Under the pieces are notes generated by a model. That model did no database searches and had not been told where the DNA came from. It saw nothing but the letters and a program-made list of their open reading frames with translations. Positions 45,690 through 56,210 of a stretch of DNA of 64,000 bases are shown piece by piece. The DNA is from an uncultured Bacteroidaceae bacterium. GTDB lineage: Bacteria; Bacillota; Clostridia; Christensenellales; CAG-917. Every line of letters starts with the position of its first letter. Position 1 is the stretch's first letter. Location: positions 105 through 64,104 of the forward strand of contig CAZJZV010000003.1 of assembly GCA_964550635.1 (NCBI GenBank), in the 5' to 3' direction. A program made the position numbers and the translations under genes.

Positions 45690-47969
45690 ATGAAGAAGTT
45701 AGCATTGCCGCGACACCGCGCGAAAAGAGAAAAAACTTATCTAGTTTCTCCTGAAACGGCGGTCAAGTATGTGATTGAATTTTTGTTTATGATACTGTTT
45801 TTCTCGTCGGGGGAATTTGGGTTTGCGCTCTCTCTCGGACTGTTCGCGGGGCTAGTGTATGCAAGACAAAATCTTGCCGTCGTCGCTCCCTTATTCGTGA
45901 TTGCGGGGTGTGTTTTTATAAAGTCGTGGTGGCTACTTTTATACCTTGCGACTCCCTGCCTTATTTTCTTCGTTTTGTACTTCGTATATTGGAAAATCAG
46001 GCGCAACGTGCAAAGCGTCGTAGTGGTGATTTCGGCGGTAGTTTCCGCACTCCCTGAAAGCGTATGCACCCTTGTTTTCGGGGGTGAGATTTGGACGTTT
46101 TGCGTGAAGATTGTCGTTGTCGCAATTATGGCATTATGTTGCACAACGGCAGGTTATGCAGTGCTAATTCGTGGTTTTAAGTGCCGATTTACGCTTGATG
46201 AGAAAATTTGTTTGGGGCTTATCGCGGTCGTTTCGGCATACTCCGCAAGGGGTGTGGACGTGTGCGGTTTCTCCCTTGTTTATCTGCTTTTTCCCTTCGT
46301 GCTTTTGACCTTTATAAGCGCGGGTAGAACGACTGGCGCACTCGTTTCGGGAGTGCTTTTTGGCGTGGGTGCGTCTCTCTCGCAAGGGAGTGTTTTGCCC
46401 CTTGCGGAGTTCGTTGCGATCTCATTTTCCGCTTGTGCGGTGGGTGTGCTCGGACGGTACGTTTCCGCAGTCGTGGCGGGAATTGCCGAACTTGTTTTTT
46501 GGCTCCTTTCGGCGGGGTGTTGGCAGGGTGCGATTTTGCTCGTTGCGGGCGGACTCGTCTATTCGATTTTGCCGTCGTCCGTGCGCAGTCGTTTCGTTGC
46601 GGACGTCGAAAACAGGGCAGACGTGCTTTGCTCCGTCGTCAACCGCGACAGGAGCGAGCTTGCGGAAAAATTATCGTCCGTCGGGGAAGTCTTTGCGGAT
46701 ATGGCGGATGCGCTCGAAGTAAAAGACAATGCAGTCAATCCCTACACCCCCAAACGGCTTGCGGGGGAAATCGCAAGAAACTATTGCGGTAAATGCGCGG
46801 AGCATCCGAAGTGTTTTGCATCTCTCGGCGGGGACACCGCTCCCGTCATCGAACCGCTTGCGCAGGCTACTCTCGGTAGGGGGAAGGCTACGATTTTGGA
46901 CGTGCCTACCTTCATCACTTCAAGGTGTGTGAAAGTGCATAATCTCATCGGCGTGGTCAACAACGCGGGGGATGCGTACCGTGCGCGTATTGCAAGTGCG
47001 GGGGATGCGGTCAACACCAAAAAAATGATGTCCGAGCAGTTTGCGGGTATGGCACTCGTGCTTGACTCTCTCTCCGCGGAGTGCGGGAAAAACCTGTCTT
47101 TCGGCGGTGAGTACGAAGAAAAAATAAGCGCGGAACTTCTCAAACATAACGTCGTTGCAAGTCGTATCGTCGTGGCGGGGGACGGTGAAAATGCAAAAGT
47201 CGCTCTAACCGTGCGGGACGTCGATGCGGATAAGGCGGTTTTGCCAAGGGTGGTATCGCGGTGCCTTAAAGCGCGATTTGCGGTGGACGGCATCGAGAGA
47301 AAGGGGGATGAAAAAACCGTTCATCTCGTGACTGCGCCCGTGTATGAAATCGCATACGGTTTCGCGGGAAAAGAGCGAGAAGGGGAGGACGTCAGCGGGG
47401 ACGTGAAAGCGGTGTTGTCTCCGTCGTTGACCAAAAGAATATTTGCCCTATGCGACGGTATGGGGAGCGGTGAAAAGGCGAGCGCAACCGCAAACGACGC
47501 TATGTCTATGATTGAAAACTTCTACCGCGCGGGCTTTGAAGACGGCATAATTCTTTCCCTTGTGAATAGGCTTTTGCGACTTGGGGACGATGAGAATTTT
47601 TCCGCCCTTGACGTCGTCATCATCGACACGGCGGACGGCGGAGCGGATATTATCAAAATGGGCGCGGCACCCGGATTTATCGTGAGAAAAAATAGTGTGG
47701 AAGTGGTCAAATCGTCAAATCCGCCCGTTGGAATTATCGACAAAATTTCCCCGATTACCGCGCGCTATCAACTCTACGACGGCGATATTCTCGTGTGCGC
47801 AACCGACGGAGTGCTTGACGTGCTAGGCGAGAGCGGAGTGATTGACGCGGTGGACAAAATCTCGACGACAAATCCGCAAACTCTTGCGGACGGAATACTT
47901 GTGGAAGCGTTGAGAGCGGGTGCTACGGACGATTGCACGGTTATGGCTATGCGACTCGTGGCGGTATAA
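45690..47969 (+). CDS. spoIIE: Stage II sporulation protein E (PP2C phosphatase with a polytopic N-terminal domain)
   Basis: About 10 N-terminal TM helices, a central region, and a C-terminal PP2C domain (DVSGD...CDGMGSGEKA...TDG...DD). It has the classical neighbourhood with tilS and hpt. Confidence 0.85.
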   Translation: MKKLALPRHRAKREKTYLVSPETAVKYVIEFLFMILFFSSGEFGFALSLGLFAGLVYARQNLAVVAPLFVIAGCVFIKSWWLLLYLATPCLIFFVLYFVYWKIRRNVQSVVVVISAVVSALPESVCTLVFGGEIWTFCVKIVVVAIMALCCTTAGYAVLIRGFKCRFTLDEKICLGLIAVVSAYSARGVDVCGFSLVYLLFPFVLLTFISAGRTTGALVSGVLFGVGASLSQGSVLPLAEFVAISFSACAVGVLGRYVSAVVAGIAELVFWLLSAGCWQGAILLVAGGLVYSILPSSVRSRFVADVENRADVLCSVVNRDRSELAEKLSSVGEVFADMADALEVKDNAVNPYTPKRLAGEIARNYCGKCAEHPKCFASLGGDTAPVIEPLAQATLGRGKATILDVPTFITSRCVKVHNLIGVVNNAGDAYRARIASAGDAVNTKKMMSEQFAGMALVLDSLSAECGKNLSFGGEYEEKISAELLKHNVVASRIVVAGDGENAKVALTVRDVDADKAVLPRVVSRCLKARFAVDGIERKGDEKTVHLVTAPVYEIAYGFAGKEREGEDVSGDVKAVLSPSLTKRIFALCDGMGSGEKASATANDAMSMIENFYRAGFEDGIILSLVNRLLRLGDDENFSALDVVIIDTADGGADIIKMGAAPGFIVRKNSVEVVKSSNPPVGIIDKISPITARYQLYDGDILVCATDGVLDVLGESGVIDAVDKISTTNPQTLADGILVEALRAGATDDCTVMAMRLVAV

Positions 47970-48038
47970 TTTTTCCTTCGCGCGCAATATGCGCCAATTT
48001 GTCATAGACAAATTTTTAGTTTGTGGTATACTTATCTT

Positions 48039-49313
48039 ATGAATACCCTTTCGATTGACTTATCCTATTTGAAAAAGAAGAAAGTCGCGCTTGCTTTGTC
48101 GGGCGGTAGAGATTCCATGGCGCTTGCGCACTTGCTTTTGGGCGCGGACGTGGATTTTTACTGCGTACACTTCGAGCACGGTATCAGAGGGGAGTCGTCG
48201 ATTAGGGATTGCAAATTCGTGGAAGAATGGGGGAGAAATCACGGCGTTGAAGTGAGAGTTATTCCCCTTGACTGCCCGAAGTATGCAAAGGATAACGGAC
48301 TCACTCTCGAGCAGGGCGCAAGAGAATTGCGCTATGCTCACTTCGACGATATGTTGAAAAAGGGTGAGTGCGACTACGTTGCGCTTGCTCACCACGCATC
48401 TGACCAGACCGAAACCGTATTTATGCGGATATTGCGGGGTACGGGCGTTGCGGGACTCAAAGGAATGAGCGTGATAAACGGCGGATACGTCAGACCGTTG
48501 CTCAACGTTACGCGGGCGGAAATCGACGACTTCGTGAAAGAAAACGGCATACCCTACGTTGACGACGAAACCAATTCGGACACGTCGTATACGAGAAACT
48601 TTTTGCGCTCGGAACTTTGCAAGATGAGAGAAAGATTCCCGTCCCTTGACGAAACCGTCGCAAGACTTACGAGAAACGCTGCGGAAATCGACGATTTTTT
48701 GACGAGTCTCATTCCCCCCATCGAAGTCAAAGACGGGGAAGTGCGTATGGCGGTCGCGGATATGGACGGCGGTCTGCTTGCAAAAAGGCGGATTAAGGCA
48801 ATTTGCGACGCTCTCGGTGTTAGACAAGATTTTGAAGAAAGGCACTATCCGCTCGTGTTTTCGCTTGCGGGTGCGGAAAACGGAAAAATGCTCTGCCTGC
48901 CCCACGGACTGACCGCGCATAAGGACGGAGAATACGTGGTATTCGCGCTTGAAAAGGATAACGATAATTTTGAAATTCCATTCGACGGCGAAAGCGTGGA
49001 CGGAATAATAAAATGCGAAAAGGCGGACGGCTATCACGCGGGAAGCGGTGCGCTTTATATCGACCTTGACCGCATTCCGCAAGGCGCGGTTTTGAGAAGA
49101 ATAAAGGACGGCGACAAAATCAAGAAATTCGGCGGCGGAACAAAAAATCTCGGCGACTTCTTGACGGATAAAAAATATCCGCTTCGAAAGCGCAAAGATC
49201 TCGTCGTTTGCGCGGTCGGCTCGGACGTATTGTTCGTGCTCGGCGTGGAAATCTCGGCGCAGGTAGCGGTCGAGGACTCGTCGGTCAGAGTCTTGAAAAT
49301 ATCACAAGATTAA
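48039..49313 (+). CDS. tilS: tRNA(Ile)-lysidine synthase
   Basis: PP-loop ALSGGRDSMAL, then LAHHASDQTETVFMRILRG. The start could also be 48021. Confidence 0.9.
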   Translation: MNTLSIDLSYLKKKKVALALSGGRDSMALAHLLLGADVDFYCVHFEHGIRGESSIRDCKFVEEWGRNHGVEVRVIPLDCPKYAKDNGLTLEQGARELRYAHFDDMLKKGECDYVALAHHASDQTETVFMRILRGTGVAGLKGMSVINGGYVRPLLNVTRAEIDDFVKENGIPYVDDETNSDTSYTRNFLRSELCKMRERFPSLDETVARLTRNAAEIDDFLTSLIPPIEVKDGEVRMAVADMDGGLLAKRRIKAICDALGVRQDFEERHYPLVFSLAGAENGKMLCLPHGLTAHKDGEYVVFALEKDNDNFEIPFDGESVDGIIKCEKADGYHAGSGALYIDLDRIPQGAVLRRIKDGDKIKKFGGGTKNLGDFLTDKKYPLRKRKDLVVCAVGSDVLFVLGVEISAQVAVEDSSVRVLKISQD

Positions 49314-49342
49314 TACGAATTAAACTAAAGGATATAAAAATT

Positions 49343-49894
49343 ATGGAGTACGGAAAAGACATCGCAAAAGTCCTCATCAAAAGAGAGGACATTGAAAAAA
49401 GAGTCAAGGAACTCGCAGACCAAATCAACCACGACTACGAAGGAAAAGAGTATACTCTCGTCGTCACCTTGCGCGGTGCGGTCGTGTTCTTCGCGGACTT
49501 GTTCCGCCACCTGACCGGCAACAACGTGGACTGCGATTTCATAGCGGCATCGAGCTACGGCGGCGGCACGGCAACGTCCGGTGAAGTCAAACTCGTCAAG
49601 GACTTGTCATCCCCCGTCAAAGGCAGACATCTCATCATCGTCGAAGACATAATCGACACCGGCACGACTCTTGTTTATCTCAAGCGTTTGCTCGAAGCGA
49701 GAGAACCCGCATCCATCAAACTCTGCTCCCTTCTTGACAAACCGTCGAGAAGAAAGGTTGACTTGAAAGGGGACTACGTAGGCTTCGAAGTGCCCAACGA
49801 ATTTGTCGTGGGATGCGGACTCGACTACGACCAAAAGTATCGCAATCTCCCCGACGTATGCGTGCTTTCACCCGAGGTTTACGGTGGTAAATAA
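49343..49894 (+). CDS. hpt: Hypoxanthine phosphoribosyltransferase
   Basis: HLIIVEDIIDTGTTL PRPP motif and FVVGCGLDY. ATG 49343 rather than the longer ORF-track model. Confidence 0.92.
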   Translation: MEYGKDIAKVLIKREDIEKRVKELADQINHDYEGKEYTLVVTLRGAVVFFADLFRHLTGNNVDCDFIAASSYGGGTATSGEVKLVKDLSSPVKGRHLIIVEDIIDTGTTLVYLKRLLEAREPASIKLCSLLDKPSRRKVDLKGDYVGFEVPNEFVVGCGLDYDQKYRNLPDVCVLSPEVYGGK

Positions 49895-51230
49895 GAAGAA
49901 ACTCGTTGAACTTGCAAGCCTTTTTCCAAGCGACAAACCGCTCTATGCGGTGGGCGGATACGTGCGTGACGCACTGCTCGAAATCGAGAGTCACGACGTG
50001 GACGTTTGTTCGGAATTGACGGTTGACAATGTCAAAACGGCACTATTAAACTCCGATTTTGAAGTTTTGGACAAAAACTTGCGTGTCGGCACGGTGATAA
50101 TTAAGTCGCGTGGATTCAATGCGGAATACACCACTTTCAGAACGGATAGTTATCCCGACGGAAGCGGGAAGCATACCCCCGACGACGTGACTTTCACGTC
50201 TGATATGCGCCTTGACGCACTGCGTAGGGATTTCGGTTGCAACGCGATTTATTTCAATCCGCTCACCGATGAAATCGTGGACGTGCTAGGAAAGCGCGGG
50301 GAAGTCGAAAACAAAATCATCGCAACCGTGGACGATCCCGAAAAGGTGTTTTCCGCGGACGGTCATCGCATACTTCGCCTTGTCCGTTTTGCGTGTGAAC
50401 TTGGTTTCGAGATTGAGAAAAACACCCTTGAAACCGCAAAAAAATACGCTCCGCTCGTCAAGGATATAGCGGTCGAAAGAGTGCTTTCGGAACTTGATAA
50501 AATCCTTGTCGCAGACACCGCGCACCCTGAATTTGATTTGAAAGACGCGCACGTGCGCGGGGTAGAATTGCTCGATTATCTCGGGCTTTTGGATATGCTC
50601 CTGCCCGAACTCACCGCGCTCAAAGGACTGGCTCAACCCGTGCGTTATCACCTGTACGACGCCTACGTGCATTCCATCGAGTGTTTCAGAGTATCTCCCC
50701 CTCGTCTTCGTTGGGCGTGTCTGCTCCACGACGTTGGCAAACGTCCTTGTATGGATAGGGACGGCAATATGCACGCTCATGCCGTAGTCGGCGCGGGTAT
50801 GGTGGCGGATAGACTCTCCGCACTCCGCATGCCAAAGGCAAGAGTGAAAAGGATAAAAGATTTGATTTTCAATCATATGGTCGACATAAACGGCAATATG
50901 AAAGAGAACAAAATGACTTGGTTTGTGGCGGAAAATTTCGGGCTTGCTCCCGACCTTGCCGACCTTAAAGACTGCGATAGCATAGGCGCAATAGGCGCAC
51001 CGCTCGAGAAAAATCGAGTGAGAGAAACCTACGAAAAAATAATCAATGAAAAACTGCCCGTATCTATCAGGGATTTGCCCGTTGACGGCAAGGATTTGAT
51101 AGAAATCGGAATCGAAGAAAAGTCAAGGGGAATCGTCCTTTACGACTTGTGGAGAGAAACGGTGATGAATCCCGTCCTTCTCGACCGCGAAAAGGCGATT
51201 GCATACCTAGAAAAAAGGAGGGGTAAATGA
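49884..51230 (+). CDS. cca: CCA-adding tRNA nucleotidyltransferase (poly(A) polymerase family with HD domain)
   Basis: LYAVGGYVRDALL, RTDSYPDG, RRDFGCNAIY, and HD motif LLHDVGK. The GTG 49884 start overlapping the hpt stop is tentative. Confidence 0.8.
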   Translation: MVNKKKLVELASLFPSDKPLYAVGGYVRDALLEIESHDVDVCSELTVDNVKTALLNSDFEVLDKNLRVGTVIIKSRGFNAEYTTFRTDSYPDGSGKHTPDDVTFTSDMRLDALRRDFGCNAIYFNPLTDEIVDVLGKRGEVENKIIATVDDPEKVFSADGHRILRLVRFACELGFEIEKNTLETAKKYAPLVKDIAVERVLSELDKILVADTAHPEFDLKDAHVRGVELLDYLGLLDMLLPELTALKGLAQPVRYHLYDAYVHSIECFRVSPPRLRWACLLHDVGKRPCMDRDGNMHAHAVVGAGMVADRLSALRMPKARVKRIKDLIFNHMVDINGNMKENKMTWFVAENFGLAPDLADLKDCDSIGAIGAPLEKNRVRETYEKIINEKLPVSIRDLPVDGKDLIEIGIEEKSRGIVLYDLWRETVMNPVLLDREKAIAYLEKRRGK

Positions 51231-52642
51231 CTGTATTATACGTATTGACCGCACTTGCGATTTTGTCGTCGATAGCGACTCTCGTTTTTGTCGTCGTAAA
51301 ATCGAAGAAGAAAGACGGCGCACCATCATTCGACGGCGAAGAAATCAAAAAGGATATTGAAAAGAGCGTTGCGGACACCGTCAAAATGGAAAACGCTATG
51401 TTGACGGGCGCAGTCAACGCACAGGCGGGCGCAACTCGTGAAATGACCGAAAGAGTTGACAAATTCATCATCAACGTAGATAGAAAACTCGACGAAACAA
51501 AGGCGGAATATCTCAAAAAACTCGACGAATTGAAAGTGGAAAACTCCGCCAATCTCGTCGCAATCAAGGACGAAAACACCAAAAACCTTGTTGCCGTCAG
51601 AGAAGAGAATACCAAAAATCTCGTGGCTATCAAGGAAGACAACGCAAGAAATCTCGAAGAAGTGCGCAAGAGCAACAACGCAAGTCTTGAAGCGGTGCGC
51701 AAGGACAACTCCGAGCAACTCGAAAAAATGCGTATGACCGTGGATGAAAAACTCTCGTCCACACTTGAACAACGTTTCAATCAATCTTTCAAAATCGTCA
51801 ACGACAGACTTGAAGAAATCAACCGCACTTTCAACGAATTGCAAAATCTGCAAACGGGCGTCAACGACCTCAACAAGATTTTCAAAAACGTCAAGACGAG
51901 AGGCACGTGGGGTGAAGTCGCACTCGACAGTTTGCTATCTCAAATTCTCACCCCCGAACAATATGCAAAACAAGTGCAGTTGACAAGGGGCAGTCAAGAA
52001 GCGGTTGACTTTGCCATCAAGATGCCCGGGAAAGGGGACGGAGAAGTCTTGTTGCCGATAGACGCGAAATTCCCCTACGAAGACTACGCGCGCCTTGTCG
52101 AGGCGTCCGAAAACGCCGATGCGGACGCGATTGAGAAAGCGACGAAAGCACTCGAAGTTAGAGTGAAACACGAAGCAATGACCATTCGCAACAAGTATAT
52201 CAAACCCCCGAAAACCACGGATTTTGCAATCATGTATTTGCCGACCGAAGGGCTATATGCCGAAGTCGTCAAGAAGACCGGACTCGTCGAAGAAATCCAA
52301 AACAACTACCGTATCGTCATATGCGGACCTACCACGATAGCGGCACTTCTCAACAGTTTGCAAATGGGATTCAGGTCGGTAGCGATTGAAAAACGCTCTT
52401 CGCAAATCGTCAAACTCATGCGCAGTTTCACGAAGGATTTCGACAACTTCAGCGACTTGCTCAGACAGACAAGCGACAAGATTGACAAGGTCAAAGCGAC
52501 GATGACGAAAGCGGAAGACAGGACTGAAAAAATCCGCATAAAACTCGAAAAAGTGAACGCATTTTCTGACGATGAAGAAAGCGTTTTGCAACCTGCAGAC
52601 AACGTCAATTTGATAGGAAATTTGAACGAAGATGAAGACTGA
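51227..52642 (+). CDS. rmuC: DNA recombination protein RmuC
   Basis: N-terminal TM helix, a long coiled coil with repeated ENTKNLVA units, RGTWGEVALDSLL, and a C-terminal nuclease-like domain. ATGA overlap with cca. Confidence 0.85.
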   Translation: MTVLYVLTALAILSSIATLVFVVVKSKKKDGAPSFDGEEIKKDIEKSVADTVKMENAMLTGAVNAQAGATREMTERVDKFIINVDRKLDETKAEYLKKLDELKVENSANLVAIKDENTKNLVAVREENTKNLVAIKEDNARNLEEVRKSNNASLEAVRKDNSEQLEKMRMTVDEKLSSTLEQRFNQSFKIVNDRLEEINRTFNELQNLQTGVNDLNKIFKNVKTRGTWGEVALDSLLSQILTPEQYAKQVQLTRGSQEAVDFAIKMPGKGDGEVLLPIDAKFPYEDYARLVEASENADADAIEKATKALEVRVKHEAMTIRNKYIKPPKTTDFAIMYLPTEGLYAEVVKKTGLVEEIQNNYRIVICGPTTIAALLNSLQMGFRSVAIEKRSSQIVKLMRSFTKDFDNFSDLLRQTSDKIDKVKATMTKAEDRTEKIRIKLEKVNAFSDDEESVLQPADNVNLIGNLNEDED

Positions 52643-53429
52643 TTTGCACGTACATACAACTGCAAGCGACGGCTTGTTGACACCGACCGAGATTGTGAGT
52701 TGGGCGAAAAACAGCGGACTGAAAGCCGTTGCAATCACCGACCACGATTCCGTCAGCGGTATTGACGAAGCCATAGACGAGGGCAAAAAACTCGGCGTTT
52801 ACGTCGTGCCCGGGATTGAGATTTCGACCTACTCAAACTGCGAAATCCATATTTTAGGTTACAATATCGACTACAAAAACCCCGATTTTTGCGAAGAACT
52901 TGAGAAAATCAAGGATATGCGAAAGGAGAGAAACGCAGTCATTCTCTCCAAACTTTCCGCCCTTGGAATAGAAGTCGGAATTGATGCGACTGCGGACGGT
53001 ATAGGTAGACTTAACATCGCAAAGGCAATGGCGGACAAAGGTTACGTCAGGGACGTCAACGACGCGTTTGAAAGGTATCTCGGTCCGCACGGAAAAGTGT
53101 TCACAGAGATAAAGCGCACCACTCCGCTCGAAGCGGTCAAGATGATAAAACGCTACGGAGGAATATCTTCTATCGCACACCCCAAAAAGTACCTTCTCGA
53201 CAAGCGCCTTGAAATACTCATCGACGGTTTGAAACGTTTCGGACTGGACGGCATCGAAACCTATTATCCCCGCCACACAGGACAGGACGAAGCGGACCTT
53301 GTTAGACTTGCAAACAAGTATAAACTTCTCATGACGGGCGGGAGCGACTACCACGGATATGAGGATAAGCACTTCCAAGTCGAGATAGATCCAAGGACTG
53401 CAAAAGCCTTGAAAATTAGAATAGAGTAA
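52632..53429 (+). CDS. PHP-domain phosphoesterase
   Basis: DLHVHTTASDG, ITDHDS, SIAHP and GGSDYHG metal-binding motifs. Length 265 aa. Confidence 0.85.
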   Translation: MKTDLHVHTTASDGLLTPTEIVSWAKNSGLKAVAITDHDSVSGIDEAIDEGKKLGVYVVPGIEISTYSNCEIHILGYNIDYKNPDFCEELEKIKDMRKERNAVILSKLSALGIEVGIDATADGIGRLNIAKAMADKGYVRDVNDAFERYLGPHGKVFTEIKRTTPLEAVKMIKRYGGISSIAHPKKYLLDKRLEILIDGLKRFGLDGIETYYPRHTGQDEADLVRLANKYKLLMTGGSDYHGYEDKHFQVEIDPRTAKALKIRIE

Positions 53430-53457
53430 TTCAACGACAAAGACGCATACTAACCGT

Positions 53458-54309
53458 ATGCGTTTTTCTTTCTTGAAAAAATCAATATTGTTTTTCATCG
53501 GCGGAATTATTTTCGTTGTCTTTTTTCTGCACGTCGGCATAGGCTATAATATGAAATCGAAAGTCGCAATCGCAGAAGTCCCGACGGTGAAACTAATCGC
53601 GAGTTTTTCCACCTACTACGGCGAAAGTTCCGCAAACCGAAAACGTAACGTTGCGCTTGCCTGCTCGTTTATAGACGGTACGGTGCTACTCCCCGAAGAC
53701 GAGTTTTCTTTCAATGAAATCGTCGGGGAGAGAAGGGAAGATAGGGGATTCAAGAGTGCGTATATCATCAAGGACGGCGAGTTTGTCGAAGGGGTAGGCG
53801 GTGGCGTTTGTCAGGTGTCGAGCACGATATACAACGCAGTCCTGCTCTCCGACTTGACGGTGACGAAAGTCAGTCCGCACTCATTGCCCGTGTCCTACGT
53901 ATCACCGTCCTTCGACGCTATGGTGTCGAGCGGGAGCGATTTCCGTTTTGTGAACACGCTATCCGCGCCGATTACAATCAAAATTTCCGCGGACGGCAAG
54001 TACGTGAAGTGCGAGATATACGGAGTCGGCGGGCGTAGAATCAGGCGCATATCCGAAACCGTCGAAAACATCCCGAATGAAACCGTCTACGTTGACGACG
54101 TAACGCTGCCGATAGGCACTGAAAAGGTGGATACCTACGGACACGCAGGACTAAAATCTCTCGGATACCTTGAATATATCGAGAACGGAAAAGTCGAAAA
54201 AGTGCTTATCCGCCGCGATACCTACGCCCCGCAAAAGCGGATAATTCTCCGCGGAATAGCGGATGAGAACGATACGCTTATTGACACGGAGCAAAATAGT
54301 GGGTTATAA
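53458..54309 (+). CDS. VanW family protein
   Basis: N-terminal TM anchor. FSFNEIVGERREDRGFKSAYII..GGGVCQVSSTIYNAVL matches the VanW core. Confidence 0.8.
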   Translation: MRFSFLKKSILFFIGGIIFVVFFLHVGIGYNMKSKVAIAEVPTVKLIASFSTYYGESSANRKRNVALACSFIDGTVLLPEDEFSFNEIVGERREDRGFKSAYIIKDGEFVEGVGGGVCQVSSTIYNAVLLSDLTVTKVSPHSLPVSYVSPSFDAMVSSGSDFRFVNTLSAPITIKISADGKYVKCEIYGVGGRRIRRISETVENIPNETVYVDDVTLPIGTEKVDTYGHAGLKSLGYLEYIENGKVEKVLIRRDTYAPQKRIILRGIADENDTLIDTEQNSGL

Positions 54310-54354
54310 TATATGCACAAATAGAAGGAGTGCGGGCGCGCGTCCGCGAACGAA

Positions 54355-56097
54355 ATGAGTTATACGGATAATTTCAACGAATGGCTATCGTCAAAAGAAC
54401 TCGACGAAAAGGATAGAGCAAGACTCATGTCCCTTTCCGAAAACGAGAAGAAAGAAGCCTTTTGGGGACCCCTTGAATTTGGCACCGCAGGCATGCGCGG
54501 TATCATCGACCTCGGCACGAATAGAATGAACGTCTACACCGTGAAACGCGCGACCAAAGGACTTGCGGATTATATCGCGACTTTGGGCAGACAAGCAATG
54601 GACAAAGGTGTAGTCATCTCCTACGACACGAGAAGATATAGCAGTGAATTTGCAATCGCATCCGCAAAGGTGCTTGCCGCCAACGGTGTGAAAGTTTGGT
54701 TGTTTGAAGACGTCCGTCCCGTCCCCGTATGCTCGTTTGCTATCCGTCATCTCGGCGCGGTTTGCGGTATTATGATAACCGCTTCGCACAACCCGAAAAT
54801 GTACAACGGCTACAAAGTCTACGGCGACGACGGAGCGCAGATGTCGCCCGAAGCGACGGATAAAGTGGTCGAATTTATATCTTCAAGCCCATATTTCGGC
54901 ATAAAAGAAGCAATGACGTCCATGGACGGCGGAAACATAAAAGGCAAGAATAACCACCGCGTCGACGACTATATCACTGTCATCGGCAAGGACGTCGACG
55001 AAGAATATTTCAAGGCTATCGAAACCCAAGCACTCTCTCCGTCCGCAGTCAAAGAGTACGGCGGAAAAGTCAAAATCGTCTACACGCCTATCCACGGAAG
55101 CGGTTATATGCCCGTCACGTCTATCCTTGCAAGAATGGGTATTGCGGTTAGCGTCGTTCCCGAACAGGCACAACCCGACACGGAGTTTAGTACCGTCCGC
55201 GTGCCCAATCCCGAAGAGGCGGATACGCTCGCTATGGGCGTTGAACTTGCGGATGAAATCGGTAGCGATATTGTCATAGGAACCGATCCCGATGCCGACC
55301 GTATGGGTATTGCGGTCAGGGACTTCGACGGCAAATTCGTCCTTCTCAACGGCAATCAAATCGGCGTGCTTATCGCGGATTACATAATGCGCCGCAAGAG
55401 CGAAGAAGGCACTCTCCCCAAAAACGGCGCAATCGTCAAAACCATTGTCACCACCGAACTTGCAAGAAAACTTGCGAAGAGTTACGGAGTCGAAACTTTC
55501 GACGTCTTGACGGGATTCAAGTTTATAGGGGAGTTGATGACGAAATGGGCGGAAACGGGTGAATATACCTACGTTTTCGGCTTTGAAGAAAGTTACGGCT
55601 CTCTCGTCGGCACCCACGCAAGAGATAAGGATGCAGTCGTCGCCGCCATGATGTTTGCGGAAATGACTTGCTACTACGAGAGCAAAGGCAAGAGTGTTTA
55701 CGGTGTGTTGCAAGAAATTTTCGAGAAGTTCGGATATTTCGTAGAAAAGACTATATCCATAACTTTCCCCGGTCTTGACGGCATGGACAAAATGAAGGCA
55801 ATAATGCAACAAATGCGCTCCACCGCCTACACCGAAATTTGCGGGACGAAAGTGCTTTCCACGGACGACTACGTGTTGCGCACTACGACCTATCCCGACG
55901 GTAGCAAAGCGGAAATCGCACTCCCCAAAACCAACGCGCTCAAACTCCACCTTGACAACGGTGATTGGATATGCGTCCGCCCGAGCGGCACCGAGCCTAA
56001 ACTCAAAATCTACGCCGCCTCTTCCGCGCCCGATCTCCCCACCGCCACCGCCAAAGTCGCCGCCTACCTCTCCCGCTTCAAATCCCTCACCGACTAA
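54355..56097 (+). CDS. Phosphoglucomutase/phosphomannomutase family (alpha-D-phosphohexomutase)
   Basis: Active-site TASHNP, metal loop DPDADR, sugar loop GFEESYG. Length 580 aa. Confidence 0.92.
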   Translation: MSYTDNFNEWLSSKELDEKDRARLMSLSENEKKEAFWGPLEFGTAGMRGIIDLGTNRMNVYTVKRATKGLADYIATLGRQAMDKGVVISYDTRRYSSEFAIASAKVLAANGVKVWLFEDVRPVPVCSFAIRHLGAVCGIMITASHNPKMYNGYKVYGDDGAQMSPEATDKVVEFISSSPYFGIKEAMTSMDGGNIKGKNNHRVDDYITVIGKDVDEEYFKAIETQALSPSAVKEYGGKVKIVYTPIHGSGYMPVTSILARMGIAVSVVPEQAQPDTEFSTVRVPNPEEADTLAMGVELADEIGSDIVIGTDPDADRMGIAVRDFDGKFVLLNGNQIGVLIADYIMRRKSEEGTLPKNGAIVKTIVTTELARKLAKSYGVETFDVLTGFKFIGELMTKWAETGEYTYVFGFEESYGSLVGTHARDKDAVVAAMMFAEMTCYYESKGKSVYGVLQEIFEKFGYFVEKTISITFPGLDGMDKMKAIMQQMRSTAYTEICGTKVLSTDDYVLRTTTYPDGSKAEIALPKTNALKLHLDNGDWICVRPSGTEPKLKIYAASSAPDLPTATAKVAAYLSRFKSLTD

Positions 56098-56125
56098 CCG
56101 CAGTCATTATAAATTCACAACATAA

Positions 56126-56159
56126 CAAAAACGCTCCCTATGCACAGGGAGTGTTTTTT
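56126..56159. terminator. Bidirectional intrinsic terminator
   Basis: AAAAA-CGCTCCCT-atgcac-AGGGAGTG-TTTTTT, between convergent stops at 56097 and 56211. Confidence 0.85.
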
Positions 56160-56210
56160 CATAAAGATATCAATTGTCAAAAAGAGCGCCGTTTTGTCAG
56201 GGACGGGAGT

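Noticed and set aside
48060-49082. 340-aa minus-strand ORF antisense to tilS
   Set aside because: It is a shadow ORF. tilS carries the PP-loop SGGRDS and is syntenic with hpt, while the antisense frame has no recognisable features.
54883-55950. 355-aa minus-strand ORF antisense to the phosphohexomutase gene
   Set aside because: It is a shadow ORF. The plus-strand gene has the TASHNP, DPDADR and GFEESYG motifs.
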